In this document: positions 1 through 9,517 of the stretch, piece after piece | Layout of the letters: each line of letters opens with the position of its first letter | Numbering within the stretch: the first letter of the stretch is position 1 | NCBI RefSeq assembly: GCF_006345805.1 | Contig: NW_021823900.1 | Span: 1-20,814, forward strand | DNA length: 20,814 nt | Source of the DNA: Octopus sinensis | Lineage: Eukaryota | Direction of reading: 5' to 3' | Position numbers and translations under genes: made by a program | The notes under the pieces: model-generated | Seen by the model: the letters and a program-made list of their open reading frames with translations, nothing else | Databases searched by the model: none | What the model was told of the DNA's origin: nothing

Positions 1-171
1 ACAGAGAGACAGAGATAGAGACAGAGAGACAGACAGAGCGGAGAGAGGGGGAAGAGAGAGAAAGAGTGGGAGAAACAGAGAGAGAAGAGACGACAGTAGA
101 CAGTTTGCTGGGAAAAGTCCTTGTCTTTATATTAATTTCAGTGTCTGAGGAAAGAGAGAAACGAGAGAGTA

Positions 172-204
<33 letters not shown>

Positions 205-323
205 TGAAGAGAGAGAGAGACAAACGGACAGAGGTAGAGAAAGGGAGGGAGCCGGAGAGAGACGGAGAGAGAAAATGAAGAGCGAAGAGGGAAAGAGAGT
301 ATGTGTGTGTGTGTGTGTGTGTG
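1..323. repeat. Degenerate (GA)n purine tract followed by (GT)n microsatellite
   Basis: Directly visible: AG/GA-rich tract at 1-298 and TG repeat at about 301-323. Confidence 0.95.
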
Positions 324-403
324 CTGTAGTGAAAATTACGTAAAATGTTCTGATACGGGTAGATCTGTACCACAGTTTCATCATTATACACAACGAATTC
401 GTG

Positions 404-693
404 GCACTTCGTCGTCGTAACCGACGACGAGGGTTCCGGTTGATCTGATCAACGGAACAGCCTGCTCGTGAAATTAACGTGTAAGTGGCTGAGCACTCCA
501 CAGACACATGTACCCTTAACGTAGTTCTCGGGGAGATTCAGCGTGACACAGAGTGTGACAAGGTTGGCCCTTTGAAATACAGGTACAAGAGAAACAGGAA
601 GAAAAAGTGAGAGAAAGTTGTGGCGAAAGAGTACTGCTGGAGCCTTGTGGAGCTTTAAGTGTTTTCAATTTAAAAAAACACACTCACAACGCC
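404..693 (-). mobile_element. SINE family C copy, 5'-truncated (tRNA head lost), with an internal deletion
   Basis: Colinear with the full-length copy at 5743-6132 (shared gagggttccggttgatc...gtggctgagcactccacagacac...gagagaaagttgtgg...cactcacaacgcc). It lacks the gggatcaccaccatcccctg segment. Confidence 0.85.
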
Positions 694-1453
694 TTGACGG
701 AATTTGGCGGAATTTGGACTTTAGGATTATGAACCAAGAACCCTGCGTTTTCAGATTTGTGAAAGTGTGTGAAGACGCACACAGATGAGATCGAGAATCT
801 TTCAACGACCTTAAACAGTAAAATGTAGACCTAGTTTATTATTCACTTACGGTTCTTGTTTGTCGAGAAACAGGCTGTAAGAGTTCATTTGACAGTTTAT
901 CATGACGAAACCATGTCAGTTATTCCAGCTAAAATAGCGAATTTAAAAGTGAAAATAAATATAATGGCTGCTCAGCAGATGCAACGAGGATGGCTACGAT
1001 TTGACGACAGAGAAAATACGTTGAACAATAAACAAAATATCAAGAGGTACAACTTGAATATCATGTTGCCGTTTGCTCAAAGATGTCTGTCAGCCTTGGT
1101 AGTTAGCCGTCTTTCAGAAGTGTAAAAATCCCATCTGTTAGTTGCCCCCAACTGAACTTCTTGTTAGCAGAGACGAAAATTTTCGCCATACAAACAGCCC
1201 AAATATTTTGACATTGATGAAAACATTTCATTTTAAGCCATTTTTTTTTTTTTTTTCTAAAAAAACCATGTTTAGGGTTCTGTTGATTACAAAAACTGTT
1301 TTGAAAAATATTGTCCATCCATATATATATTCCTAAGTGGAAGTTTCTTTTGCGTCTCCGTTGTTATAGATACGTTTACATCACACATACAATATCTTAG
1401 CAACCTAATTTAAAATATAGTTAGGGATAGAATAATATGTGCGTTGTGGTGTA

Positions 1454-1456
<3 letters not shown>

Positions 1457-1502
<46 letters not shown>

Positions 1503-1512
1503 TATATATATG

Positions 1513-1554
<42 letters not shown>

Positions 1555-1561
1555 ATATATA

Positions 1562-1594
<33 letters not shown>

Positions 1595-1621
1595 TATATA
1601 ATAATATATAATATAATATAG

Positions 1622-1657
<36 letters not shown>

Positions 1658-1658
1658 T
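1457..1658. repeat. Long (TA)n microsatellite
   Basis: Directly visible, with occasional G/A interruptions. Confidence 0.97.
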
Positions 1659-1659
1659 A

Positions 1660-2038
1660 GGCGCAGGAGTGGTGTGTGGTATGTAGCTTGTTTACCAGCC
1701 ACATGGTTCCGGGTTCAGTCTTCTACTATAGCCTCAGGCCGACCAAAGCCTTGTGAGTGGATTTGGTAGACGGAAACTGAAAGAAGCCCGTCGTATATAT
1801 GTATATATATATATGCGTGTGTTTGTCCCCCTAGCATTGCTTGACAACCGATGCTGGTGTGTTTGTCCCCCTAGCATTGCTTGACAACCGATGCTGGTGT
1901 GTTTATGTCCCCCGTTACCTAGCGACAGATAGAATTAGTACTGGGCTTACAAAAGAATAAGTCCCGGGGTCGAGTTGCTCGATTAAAGGCGGTGCTCCAG
2001 CATGGCCGCAGTCAAATGACTGAAACAAGTAAAAGAGT
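1660..2038 (+). mobile_element. SINE family A (tRNA-like head, CORE-like segment, internal TA/TG microsatellite, GTAAAAGA tail)
   Basis: Head ggcgcaggagtgg..., B-box-like GGTTCAGTC, tail aaacaagtaaaagag. Has an internal 40-bp tandem duplication (1817-1896) and a deletion after ttcagtc. Matches the other copies in the window. Confidence 0.9.
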
Positions 2039-2244
2039 ACATATATATATATATATATACATATAAATATATATAAATATACACACACATGCATACATAA
2101 TATACATCTCTCTATCGCTTTTTCTATGTGTGTGTGATATAGATATATGCGTATGTAATGTCAATACATATATGTTTATACATACACAGACGCGTAATAT
2201 GCGTGCGTGTGACGTTAACGAGAATTTGCCACTTAGGTTCGAAG

Positions 2245-2286
<42 letters not shown>

Positions 2287-2448
2287 CATCTCAGTTTACA
2301 CTCAGTATATTCATTTTGTGCAAACACTCAGTTTTTGGGAGGGTGAGAAAATAAACATTGACAACGATGAAAACTTCGAATCCAGCTGGTCATTAGAGAT
2401 GATGCTGTATCACCATAACAACACGCTTCAGTTCCATACCCATCCTTG

Positions 2449-3207
2449 TATAAACGGTATATATGTTTGTGTATGTAGCTTTTAGCTCGGGGTCATTTCA
2501 CCCCTCACCCCTTTTTTTGGTGGGAATTCTAAAAATATATGACTTTATCAGACGATATGGCGTTTTTGGAAATATTGCCCTATTTATTGATGAAAATGCT
2601 GTTCAAACTATAAACCATGACCCCATTTCAGCTCCCAAAATGTAATTCTTTGGTTTTGTTTAGCCCCCAAGTTGACGTTATAAACGGTATATATGTTTGT
2701 GTATGTAGCTTTTAGCTCGGGGTTTAGCTCCCAAAGTTGACGTTATAAATGGTATATATGTTTGTGTATGTAGCTTTTAGCTCGGGGTCATTTCACCCCT
2801 CACCCCTTTTATTTTGGTGGGAATTCTAAAAATATATGACTTTATCAGACGATATGGCGTTTTTGGAAATATTGCCCTATTTATTGATGAAAATGCTGTT
2901 CAAACTATAAACCATGACCCCATTTCAGCTCCCAAAATGTAATTCTTTGGTTTTGTTTAGCCCCCAAGTTGACGTTATAAACGGTATATATGTTTGTGTA
3001 TGTAGCTTTTAGCTCGGGGTCATTTCACCCCTCACCCCTTTTTTTGGTGGGAATTCTAAAAATATATGACTTTATCAGACGATATGGCTGTTTTTGGAAA
3101 TATTGCCCTATTTATTGATGAAAATGCTGTTCAAACTATAAACCATGACCCCATTTCAGCTACCAAACTGTAATTCTTTGGTTTTGTTTAGCCCCCAAGT
3201 TGATGTT
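2449..3207. repeat. Tandem array of a ~230-bp unit (3 full units plus one 65-bp internally deleted unit)
   Basis: Unit start tataaa(c/t)ggtatatatgtttgtg recurs at 2449, 2679, 2744 and 2976. The full units are near-identical. Confidence 0.95.
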
Positions 3208-4058
3208 AGGACGGGCGGCTTTCAATGAAGAAATCGTTTGATCCTTTGTTGACCTTCCAAAACAAAAAACTACCTCGCCAATTAATTGTTTGACTTCGTA
3301 ATTTGGCAGTTTTATTTTTTTTCCATGTTTTGTTGTTTCACAAAGCGATTATATAACAACAACTGAAGTCGCTTTAAGAAATGATTTTAAACTGTTTTTT
3401 CCCACGTGAAATGGCGAGAGCCTCAAAATAAAATAAAATAAAATAAAATAAATGAACAAATTAAATACCCATAGTTTCTTTGTTCCCGAAACTACGAAAT
3501 TATAAAGTGGAAGTTTTCCTCTCCCCAAAAATCCGTTAAATTCGATTCGAAAAACATCCATATCAGCTCGATATTGGTTTCGAAAACGATGTTATATTAT
3601 AGCATCAAAAACTGAAGAAAATTAAAAGAAGAAAGACTCATTTATGGAGAAGGAATTGCCTGAAAGTCTGACAAAATTTAATCTCCAAACCGAGTCGACA
3701 TGGAATCTATTTTCTCATATCTCTCTTATTACAAACCAAAATATATATATATATATATATTTTATCTCTGCTTGTTACTCATTCTTTAGGGTTCTCATGA
3801 AAAATATCTCAATTTTCAAGGTCACTATGTAGTTTGTAAAATAATAGCTACAAATGACCCCGTGTGGGAGTCGCTCGTCCTACTAGAAATAGTAATCAAA
3901 TCTCCGTAAAAATCCTACCCTACTGTCTTTAAAAAAATAGCCAATCCTACTGTACATGACGACCGTAAACTTGAAAGAAGATACACACGAGAATACTTAT
4001 TCGAATGCCATCAATTTTTCTAAAGAAACTTAAAAAAAGATTCACATAATGGATTTTT

Positions 4059-4492
4059 GGATCTTTTCGGTTTGAACGGCAGTTTTTTGTAGTGGTGTCG
4101 TATGAAATTGTCACCCATAATTATGACCCTATTGCATTTCAATCTCTTTTAGGATTAGGGTTAGGGTTAGTTAGGGTTAGGGCTGGGGTTAGGGGTGGGG
4201 GGAAGGGTATCTTTTTTTCTTCACAAATGTAAATAAACCCAATCTGTTTCTTAAACGAGGGGCATATTCATACGGCACAGAATGTTTTCACCTCAATAGA
4301 CGTCACTGACTGGTTGAAATTGCAGAAATTGAAGAAAAAAAAACAATAAATATCTTACAAACTATAGAATTTTCTCAATAAAGCAAAGAGAAAAAGATGT
4401 TTTATAAACACATTCTACCAGTATACGAAATTTAAAAGTGTTTAGTTACCTAGAAATTATGTTAAAAACTGCCGTTCAAACCGAAAAGATCC
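4059..4492 (+). mobile_element. Non-autonomous TIR element (MITE-like) with internal TTAGGG repeats, copy 1
   Basis: 29-bp TIR ggatcttttcggtttgaacggcagttttt starts at 4059 and its reverse complement ends at 4492. ttaggg repeats lie at about 4152-4195. A second copy lies inverted at 5009-5424. Strand is arbitrary. Confidence 0.85.
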
Positions 4493-5008
4493 AAATTTTC
4501 TAAAGAAACTTAAAAAAAGATTCACATAATGGATTTTTTATTAATGTCTTTTAAATATAAAATATATGTAATTGTATAAAATATATTTTTTTTCTCGAGA
4601 GTTGTATTGCTTGACCTCGTGTGGTTCTGACTTCAGCACAAAAATTTAAAAGGGGAAGTTGAAGAATAATCTATCATCATTGTCGTTCCTCAAGGAAACT
4701 AATTGCTTTTTGAGCTCTCATGGTCTCATCAACAGGTCCTCCTTATAGATATAAACAACTATCGTAAAATGGAAGATAAACCACTTTGCGGACACTTCTA
4801 AATAATGTTGATGAGAGGGAACTACATTAATCTTTTTTTTTTTGTTTTTAACTTGTTGATGCCAAAATTAGTTTATCTCGAATTTAGTTCTCTTTTAAAT
4901 AATTTTCACCTGTTCGGGAAACAAAAATAAGAGATAACATTTAATGGTGATTTAACTGATCTTGTCTAGATGCGATTCTCTTTTTGCCTCAACCGCGATT
5001 CGGATTTG

Positions 5009-5524
5009 GGATCTTTTCGGTTTGAACGGCAGTTTTTAAAAATAATTTCCACATAACTAAACACTTTTAAACTTCGTATACTGGTAGAATGTGTTTATAA
5101 AACATCTTTTTCTCTTGGCTTTATTGAGAAAATTCTATAGTTTGTAAGATATTTGTTGTTTTTTTCTTCAATTTCTGCAATTTCAACCAATCAATTACGT
5201 CTATTGAGGTGAAAACATTCTGTGCCGTATGAATATGTCCCTCGTTTAAGAAACAGATTGGGTTTAAGTACATTTGTGAAGAAAAAAAGATACCCTTCCC
5301 CCACCCATAACCTTAACCCTAACCCTAACCCTAAAAGAGATTGAAATGCAATAGATCGATTCCAGGGTCATAATTATGGGTGACAATTTCATATGACACC
5401 ACCAGAAAAAACTGCCGTTCAAAAACGATGTTTTATAAACACATTCTACCAGTATATGAAATTTAAAAGTGTTTAGTTACGTGGAAATTATTTTAAAAAA
5501 CTGCCGGTCAAACCGAAAAGATCC
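5009..5524 (-). mobile_element. Same TIR element, copy 2, opposite orientation, with a rearranged right end
   Basis: 5009-5424 is the reverse complement of copy 1 (taaccc repeats at about 5308-5333). The right TIR is truncated and followed by an inverted copy of the left end (5427-5552). Confidence 0.85.
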
Positions 5525-5742
5525 CAAATCCGAATCGCGGTTGAGGCAAAAACACTGTATCTTGATTGGTTTATGTGAGGTGGCCGAAAACATTTGCACG
5601 ATCATTTGTGGGGTGGGGTCGTCTCGCGTCTTTCCCTCTCATTCAGAACCCCTACTACAAAATATAATGATTAGGCACGGAAATGACTCCAACAGGGCCA
5701 ATGTTTCATCTGTGAAAAACGCAACGCGAAATATCCACTTAT

Positions 5743-6132
5743 GGTGGAAGCACTCCGTCGGTTACGACGATGAGGGTTCCGGTTGATCCGAATCAACGGA
5801 ACAGCCTGCTCGTGAAATTAACGTGTAAGTGGCTGAGCACTCCACAGACACGTGTACCTTTAACGTAGTTCTCGCGGATATTCAGCGTGACACAGAGAGT
5901 GACAAGGCCGGCCCCTTGAAATACAGGTACAACAGAAACAGGAAGTAAGAGTGAGAGAAAGTTGTGGTGAAAGAGTACAGCAGGGATCACCACCATCCCC
6001 TGCCGGAGCCTCGTGGAGCCTTTTTAGGTGTTTTCGCTCAATAAACACTCACAACGCCCGGTCTGGGAATCGAAGCCGCGATCCCATGACCACGAGTCCG
6101 CTGCCCTAACCACTGGGCCATTGCGCCTCCAC
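5743..6132 (-). mobile_element. SINE family C, full length, tRNA-derived head
   Basis: On the minus strand: A box TGGCCCAGTGG (6120-6110) and B-box-like CTTCGATTCC (6075-6066). 11-bp TSD tatccacttat at 5732-5742 and 6133-6143. Confidence 0.92.
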
Positions 6133-6215
6133 TATCCACTTATAAGTTGTCAATTAGTAGAAATTTACAATAGTTTAAAGCGGTGGAGGACTTTTGCAGA
6201 GTACTGTATAAGAAA

Positions 6216-6716
6216 CTAGCAGTATCGCCCGGCGTTGCTCGGGTTTGTAAGGGAAATAACTATATAAGCATTTTTAGAGAGTTACTTCCCTTATAAATTC
6301 GGGCTTTCTTAGCCATTTTTTTTTGGTGTCTTCAAGCCATGAAGTCGTTGTTCTAAAAGAACGCTGGTTTCCTTCACAACGCATTACGACGTTGATTTCT
6401 TTACACTCCTTTCCCCACAGCTTCACGAGGGGGAAGGGGAGAAGCAAACAGGTGCAGCTGTGAGCGTGGACGCCAACTCTGCCGCCATCGACATACATGC
6501 ATTTTATGCATTAAAATGGAATAAAAAAATGATGTTAAATTATTTTTAAAATCGTAGACTCATCGTTGACGCGCGCTAATAGTCAGACGGGCTCGATATG
6601 AATCACGACTATAAGATACCCGAATTTGGTTAACTGCCCGCAAAATGTGGAGGAGTGTTAGGAATCTAAATCGAAGGGGACAGAGACTCACACAACTAGA
6701 GTTTTATATATATAGA
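6216..6716 (-). mobile_element. Non-autonomous Helitron
   Basis: The minus strand reads A|TCTATATATATAAAAC...cccgagcaacgccggg-cgatactg-CTAG|T: a 5' TC, a GC-rich hairpin 8 nt before the 3' CTAG, insertion between A and T, and no TSD. These are the canonical Helitron hallmarks. Internal inverted repeat at 6248-6261 / 6280-6293. Confidence 0.85.
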
Positions 6717-7110
6717 TTAGGTGAGCTTTATCTTTTTCTTCATTTTTTTAAAAATTTTGTTTTTTCTGTCTTTGGTCTTCTTGCATTTTTAGCATTCTGC
6801 CTCCAAGTGTTTTGAGATGTATATTATAAAAATGTAGAAAAATTCTGACAAATGCGGAAGACAAAAAGGCAAATTTAAGCCTAAATCGTAAAAAGTATGT
6901 TGAGGGAGTGATATGAAATCTTCCCTCCAAGAATGCGGATAACATGTGTTTCAAAATGTGGAAGGCAATAAAACAACGAAAATAAATAAATAAATAAATA
7001 AATAAAAGCGTAGGGAACCAAGATGGTGGAGTGTTTAGATTTTTAAAAAACATGGATTAAATTTTTTTTTTAAAGGCTTCTCCTGCTGTTTTGAAATGTG
7101 GGTTACATAT

Positions 7111-7352
7111 GTTAGTTAGTTAGTTAGTTAGTTAATTTGGCTCAAAAGCAAATAGCAAGGCCATGTAGGGGGACATGGAGTTAAGTACAGGGTGGTGTTC
7201 ATGTAAAGAGTTCAGGCCACTTGAGGTCCAGGGAGGCTTTGAACAAAGCGGTCGTCGGCATCTTCACCATCTCGTCTGGCAGCTTGTTCCACGGATCCGC
7301 AACCCGGACGGAGAAAGCTCCTCTCCTTCGATTGAGATGAAATTGTCGCAGG
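7111..7352 (-). mobile_element. CR1-clade LINE, 5'-truncated 3' end (ORF2 C-terminus, 3'UTR, (AACT)n tail)
   Basis: Minus-strand translation YLRQFHLNRRRGAFSVRVADPWNKLPDEMVKMPTTALFKASLDLKWPELFT* matches the CR1 ORF2 C-terminal pattern (FS.RV...WN.LP...V......FK..LD). (TAAC)n tail. 9-bp TSD tacatatgt at 7104-7112 and 7353-7361. Confidence 0.9.
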
Positions 7353-7873
7353 TACATATGTAATTGTTAAAATCCCGACAAAAACGGAGACATTCCAACC
7401 GATTAGGGATAGCTTATTTCGAAGGTTTGTCGTGTATTGTATACAAGTGTAGCGTACATTCGAGTGAAATGCCTCTCCCCTTTATTATATATACGTACAT
7501 TCGAACGTAGCAGATAACAGCTAACCTTTGGCTGCTATGTTGGAATTTGTGCATGCTGCTTGAGCTGTGTACGCAGGGAGATGATGCTGACGACGTCAAG
7601 AAGATGATGGTGGCGACGAAGACGGAGGTTGCCGTAATGCTGTTGGATGGGTCACCTGACATTGTCGCTAGAATTGGCTGTCTTGTGTGGTCAGTGGCTA
7701 GATCTTAAAAGGTCTGGAACCAAAGTTATCCTTTATTTCCCACAAGGAGTAAACATAGAGAGGACAACACAAAATATGTGAAGCCAAAAGAAAAGGAATG
7801 AAAGAAAAATGAGATGAATTTGAAAATGAAAAGATTAAATGAAGCTTTTCGGCCCATCCCCGAGTGACTTCAT

Positions 7874-8269
7874 TTATACTGTTAATACGACCTTAATTCG
7901 ATCTAACTCCACTCTGACCTTGATTATCACGTCTTCTATAGCGATAGTTTCTATTATCTTTTTGATGTCTTCCGAGGATTCCTGGATAATCATATCCAGG
8001 GTCTACATATGCCAATTCTTATGAGTTGTTCTTGTGGCCTGGAAGACCACTATCTTACCTTCATTGCCCAGCAGTATGGCAGCTACTAGCCAGGCTATGT
8101 CAATCTCTGGTGGTATATCTTCTACCTTAACCCTGAAGTAAGTCTCCCAAGGTATATGGGTAGAAGTACCACTTCTGTTTTTAATGAGGTTGCCGGAGTG
8201 TAACTTGGCAGTAGTACCTCTCAGAAACGCACCTCCACTGTTCTGAACTTCCTCTGAATGAAATTCCTG
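7874..8269 (-). pseudogene. Decayed coding remnant, possibly ORF1 of a non-LTR retrotransposon
   Basis: One minus-strand frame has about 130 codons with a single internal stop: ...TYFRVKVEDIPPEIDIAWLVAAILLGNEGKIVVFQATRTTHKNWHM*TLDMIIQESSEDIKKIIETIAIEDVIIKVRVE.... The composition is protein-like, and V.V..IP.E recalls RRM-type LINE ORF1. The family assignment is inference. Confidence 0.4.
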
Positions 8270-8340
8270 TCAAATTGGTTTCAAGGCTTTTTTTTACTTG
8301 TGTGGTCGTCATTAATGTACAAATCCAGCAATTTAGCTTT

Positions 8341-8373
<33 letters not shown>

Positions 8374-8391
8374 TGTGTGTGTGTGTGTGTG

Positions 8392-8771
8392 TGTGCTGAA
8401 AAATTTGCTTCCCAACCATATGGTTCCGGGTTCAGTCCCGTAGCATGGCACCTTGGGCAAGTGTCTTCTGTTAAAGCCCCGGGCTGACCAAAGCCTTGTG
8501 AGTGGATTTGATAGGCGGAAACTGAAAGAAGCTCATCATATATGTAGATGTGTGTGTGTGGTGCGTGTGTATGTGTGCACACGTGTGTGCGCGTGTGTGT
8601 GTGTTTGTCTGGGTTTGTCCCCTTGACAAATAACGTTGGTGTGTTTATGTCCTCGTAACTTAGCTGTTCGATAAAAATGACCAATAGAATTAGTACCACG
8701 CTTAGCAAAAATATAAGTACCGGGGTAAATTCGTTTGACTAGAAATTCTTCAAGGCTGTGCCCCACCATGG
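8392..8771 (+). mobile_element. SINE family A, older or diverged copy
   Basis: cccaaccatatggttccgggttcagtccc...ggcaccttgggcaagtgtcttc...gccttgtgagtggatttg, an internal TG repeat, and a tail ending gtgccccaccatgg. Confidence 0.82.
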
Positions 8772-8900
8772 GGGAAACAAGTAAGAATACATAGATAGAT
8801 AGCAAGAGAGAGAGAGAGAGAGAGAGAAATCAAAATATATGTAGAGAGCGAGAAAGAGACTTGAATTTTATATGTAAAAAATTTATCTTGTACATACATA

Positions 8901-9320
8901 GGCGTAGGAGTGGCTGTGTGGTAAGTAGCTTACCAACCACATGGTTTCGGGTTCAGTTCCACTGCGTGGCACCTTGGGCAAGTGTCTTTTACTATAGCTT
9001 CGGGCCGACCAAAGCCTTGTGACGGAAACTGAAAGAAGCCCATCGTATGTATGTATGTATGTATGTATGTATATATATATGTGTGTGTGTGTATGTGTGT
9101 GTATGTATGTTTGTGTGTCTGTGCTTGTCCCCCCAACATCGCTTGACAACCGATGCTGGTGTGTTTACGTCCCCTGTAACTTAGCAGTTCGGCAAAAGAG
9201 ACCGATAGAATAAGTACTGGGCTTACAAAGAATAAGTCCTGGAGTCAATTTGCTCGACTAAAGGCGGTGCTCCAGCATGGCCACAGTCAAATGACTGAAA
9301 CACGTAAAAGAGTAAAAGAG
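8901..9320 (+). mobile_element. SINE family A, full length
   Basis: Runs from ggcgtaggagtggctgtgtgg to the gtaaaagagtaaaagag tail; colinear with the other copies. Confidence 0.92.
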
Positions 9321-9517
9321 TGTGTGTATATAAGGGGTTATAAATCTAAGCTGTGTCCTTGTGAAACACATCTTCATTTTCACATTAATCAAATGTATGT
9401 TTGTAGATGTTTTATTTTGAATGAGATACTTACAGCATTTGAAATTTCTCGTAAATTCTATAAAAATATATATGAACTTCCCTTTATACTAAAAAAAAAA
9501 AAAATGTAGAATTAGCA

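Noticed and set aside
66-507. ORFs 66..278 (+) and 127..507 (-)
   Set aside because: Translations are ER/SL/HT runs produced by (GA)n and (GT)n tracts plus SINE sequence.
1405-2354. Several YIYI-type ORFs
   Set aside because: Read-through of (TA)n microsatellites.
2449-3207. 230-bp array as a retrozyme (hammerhead-containing tandem repeat)
   Set aside because: Only partial cores (ttgatga on +, ctgataa on -), with no properly spaced stem II and GAAA.
5469-5786. 105-aa ORF
   Set aside because: It spans a TIR-element end, flank and SINE tail, so it is a chance composite with no recognisable domain.
6060-6132. tRNA-like sequences here and at other SINE heads (e.g. 20495-20566)
   Set aside because: They continue into repeat bodies, and these two sit inside TSD-bounded elements; they are SINE heads, not tRNA genes.
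7510-7700. GC/CpG-richer segment as a coding exon (ORF 7414..7662)
   Set aside because: No recognisable protein in any frame; the core looks like a degenerate GAT/GAC trinucleotide repeat. It cannot be excluded without RNA-seq.
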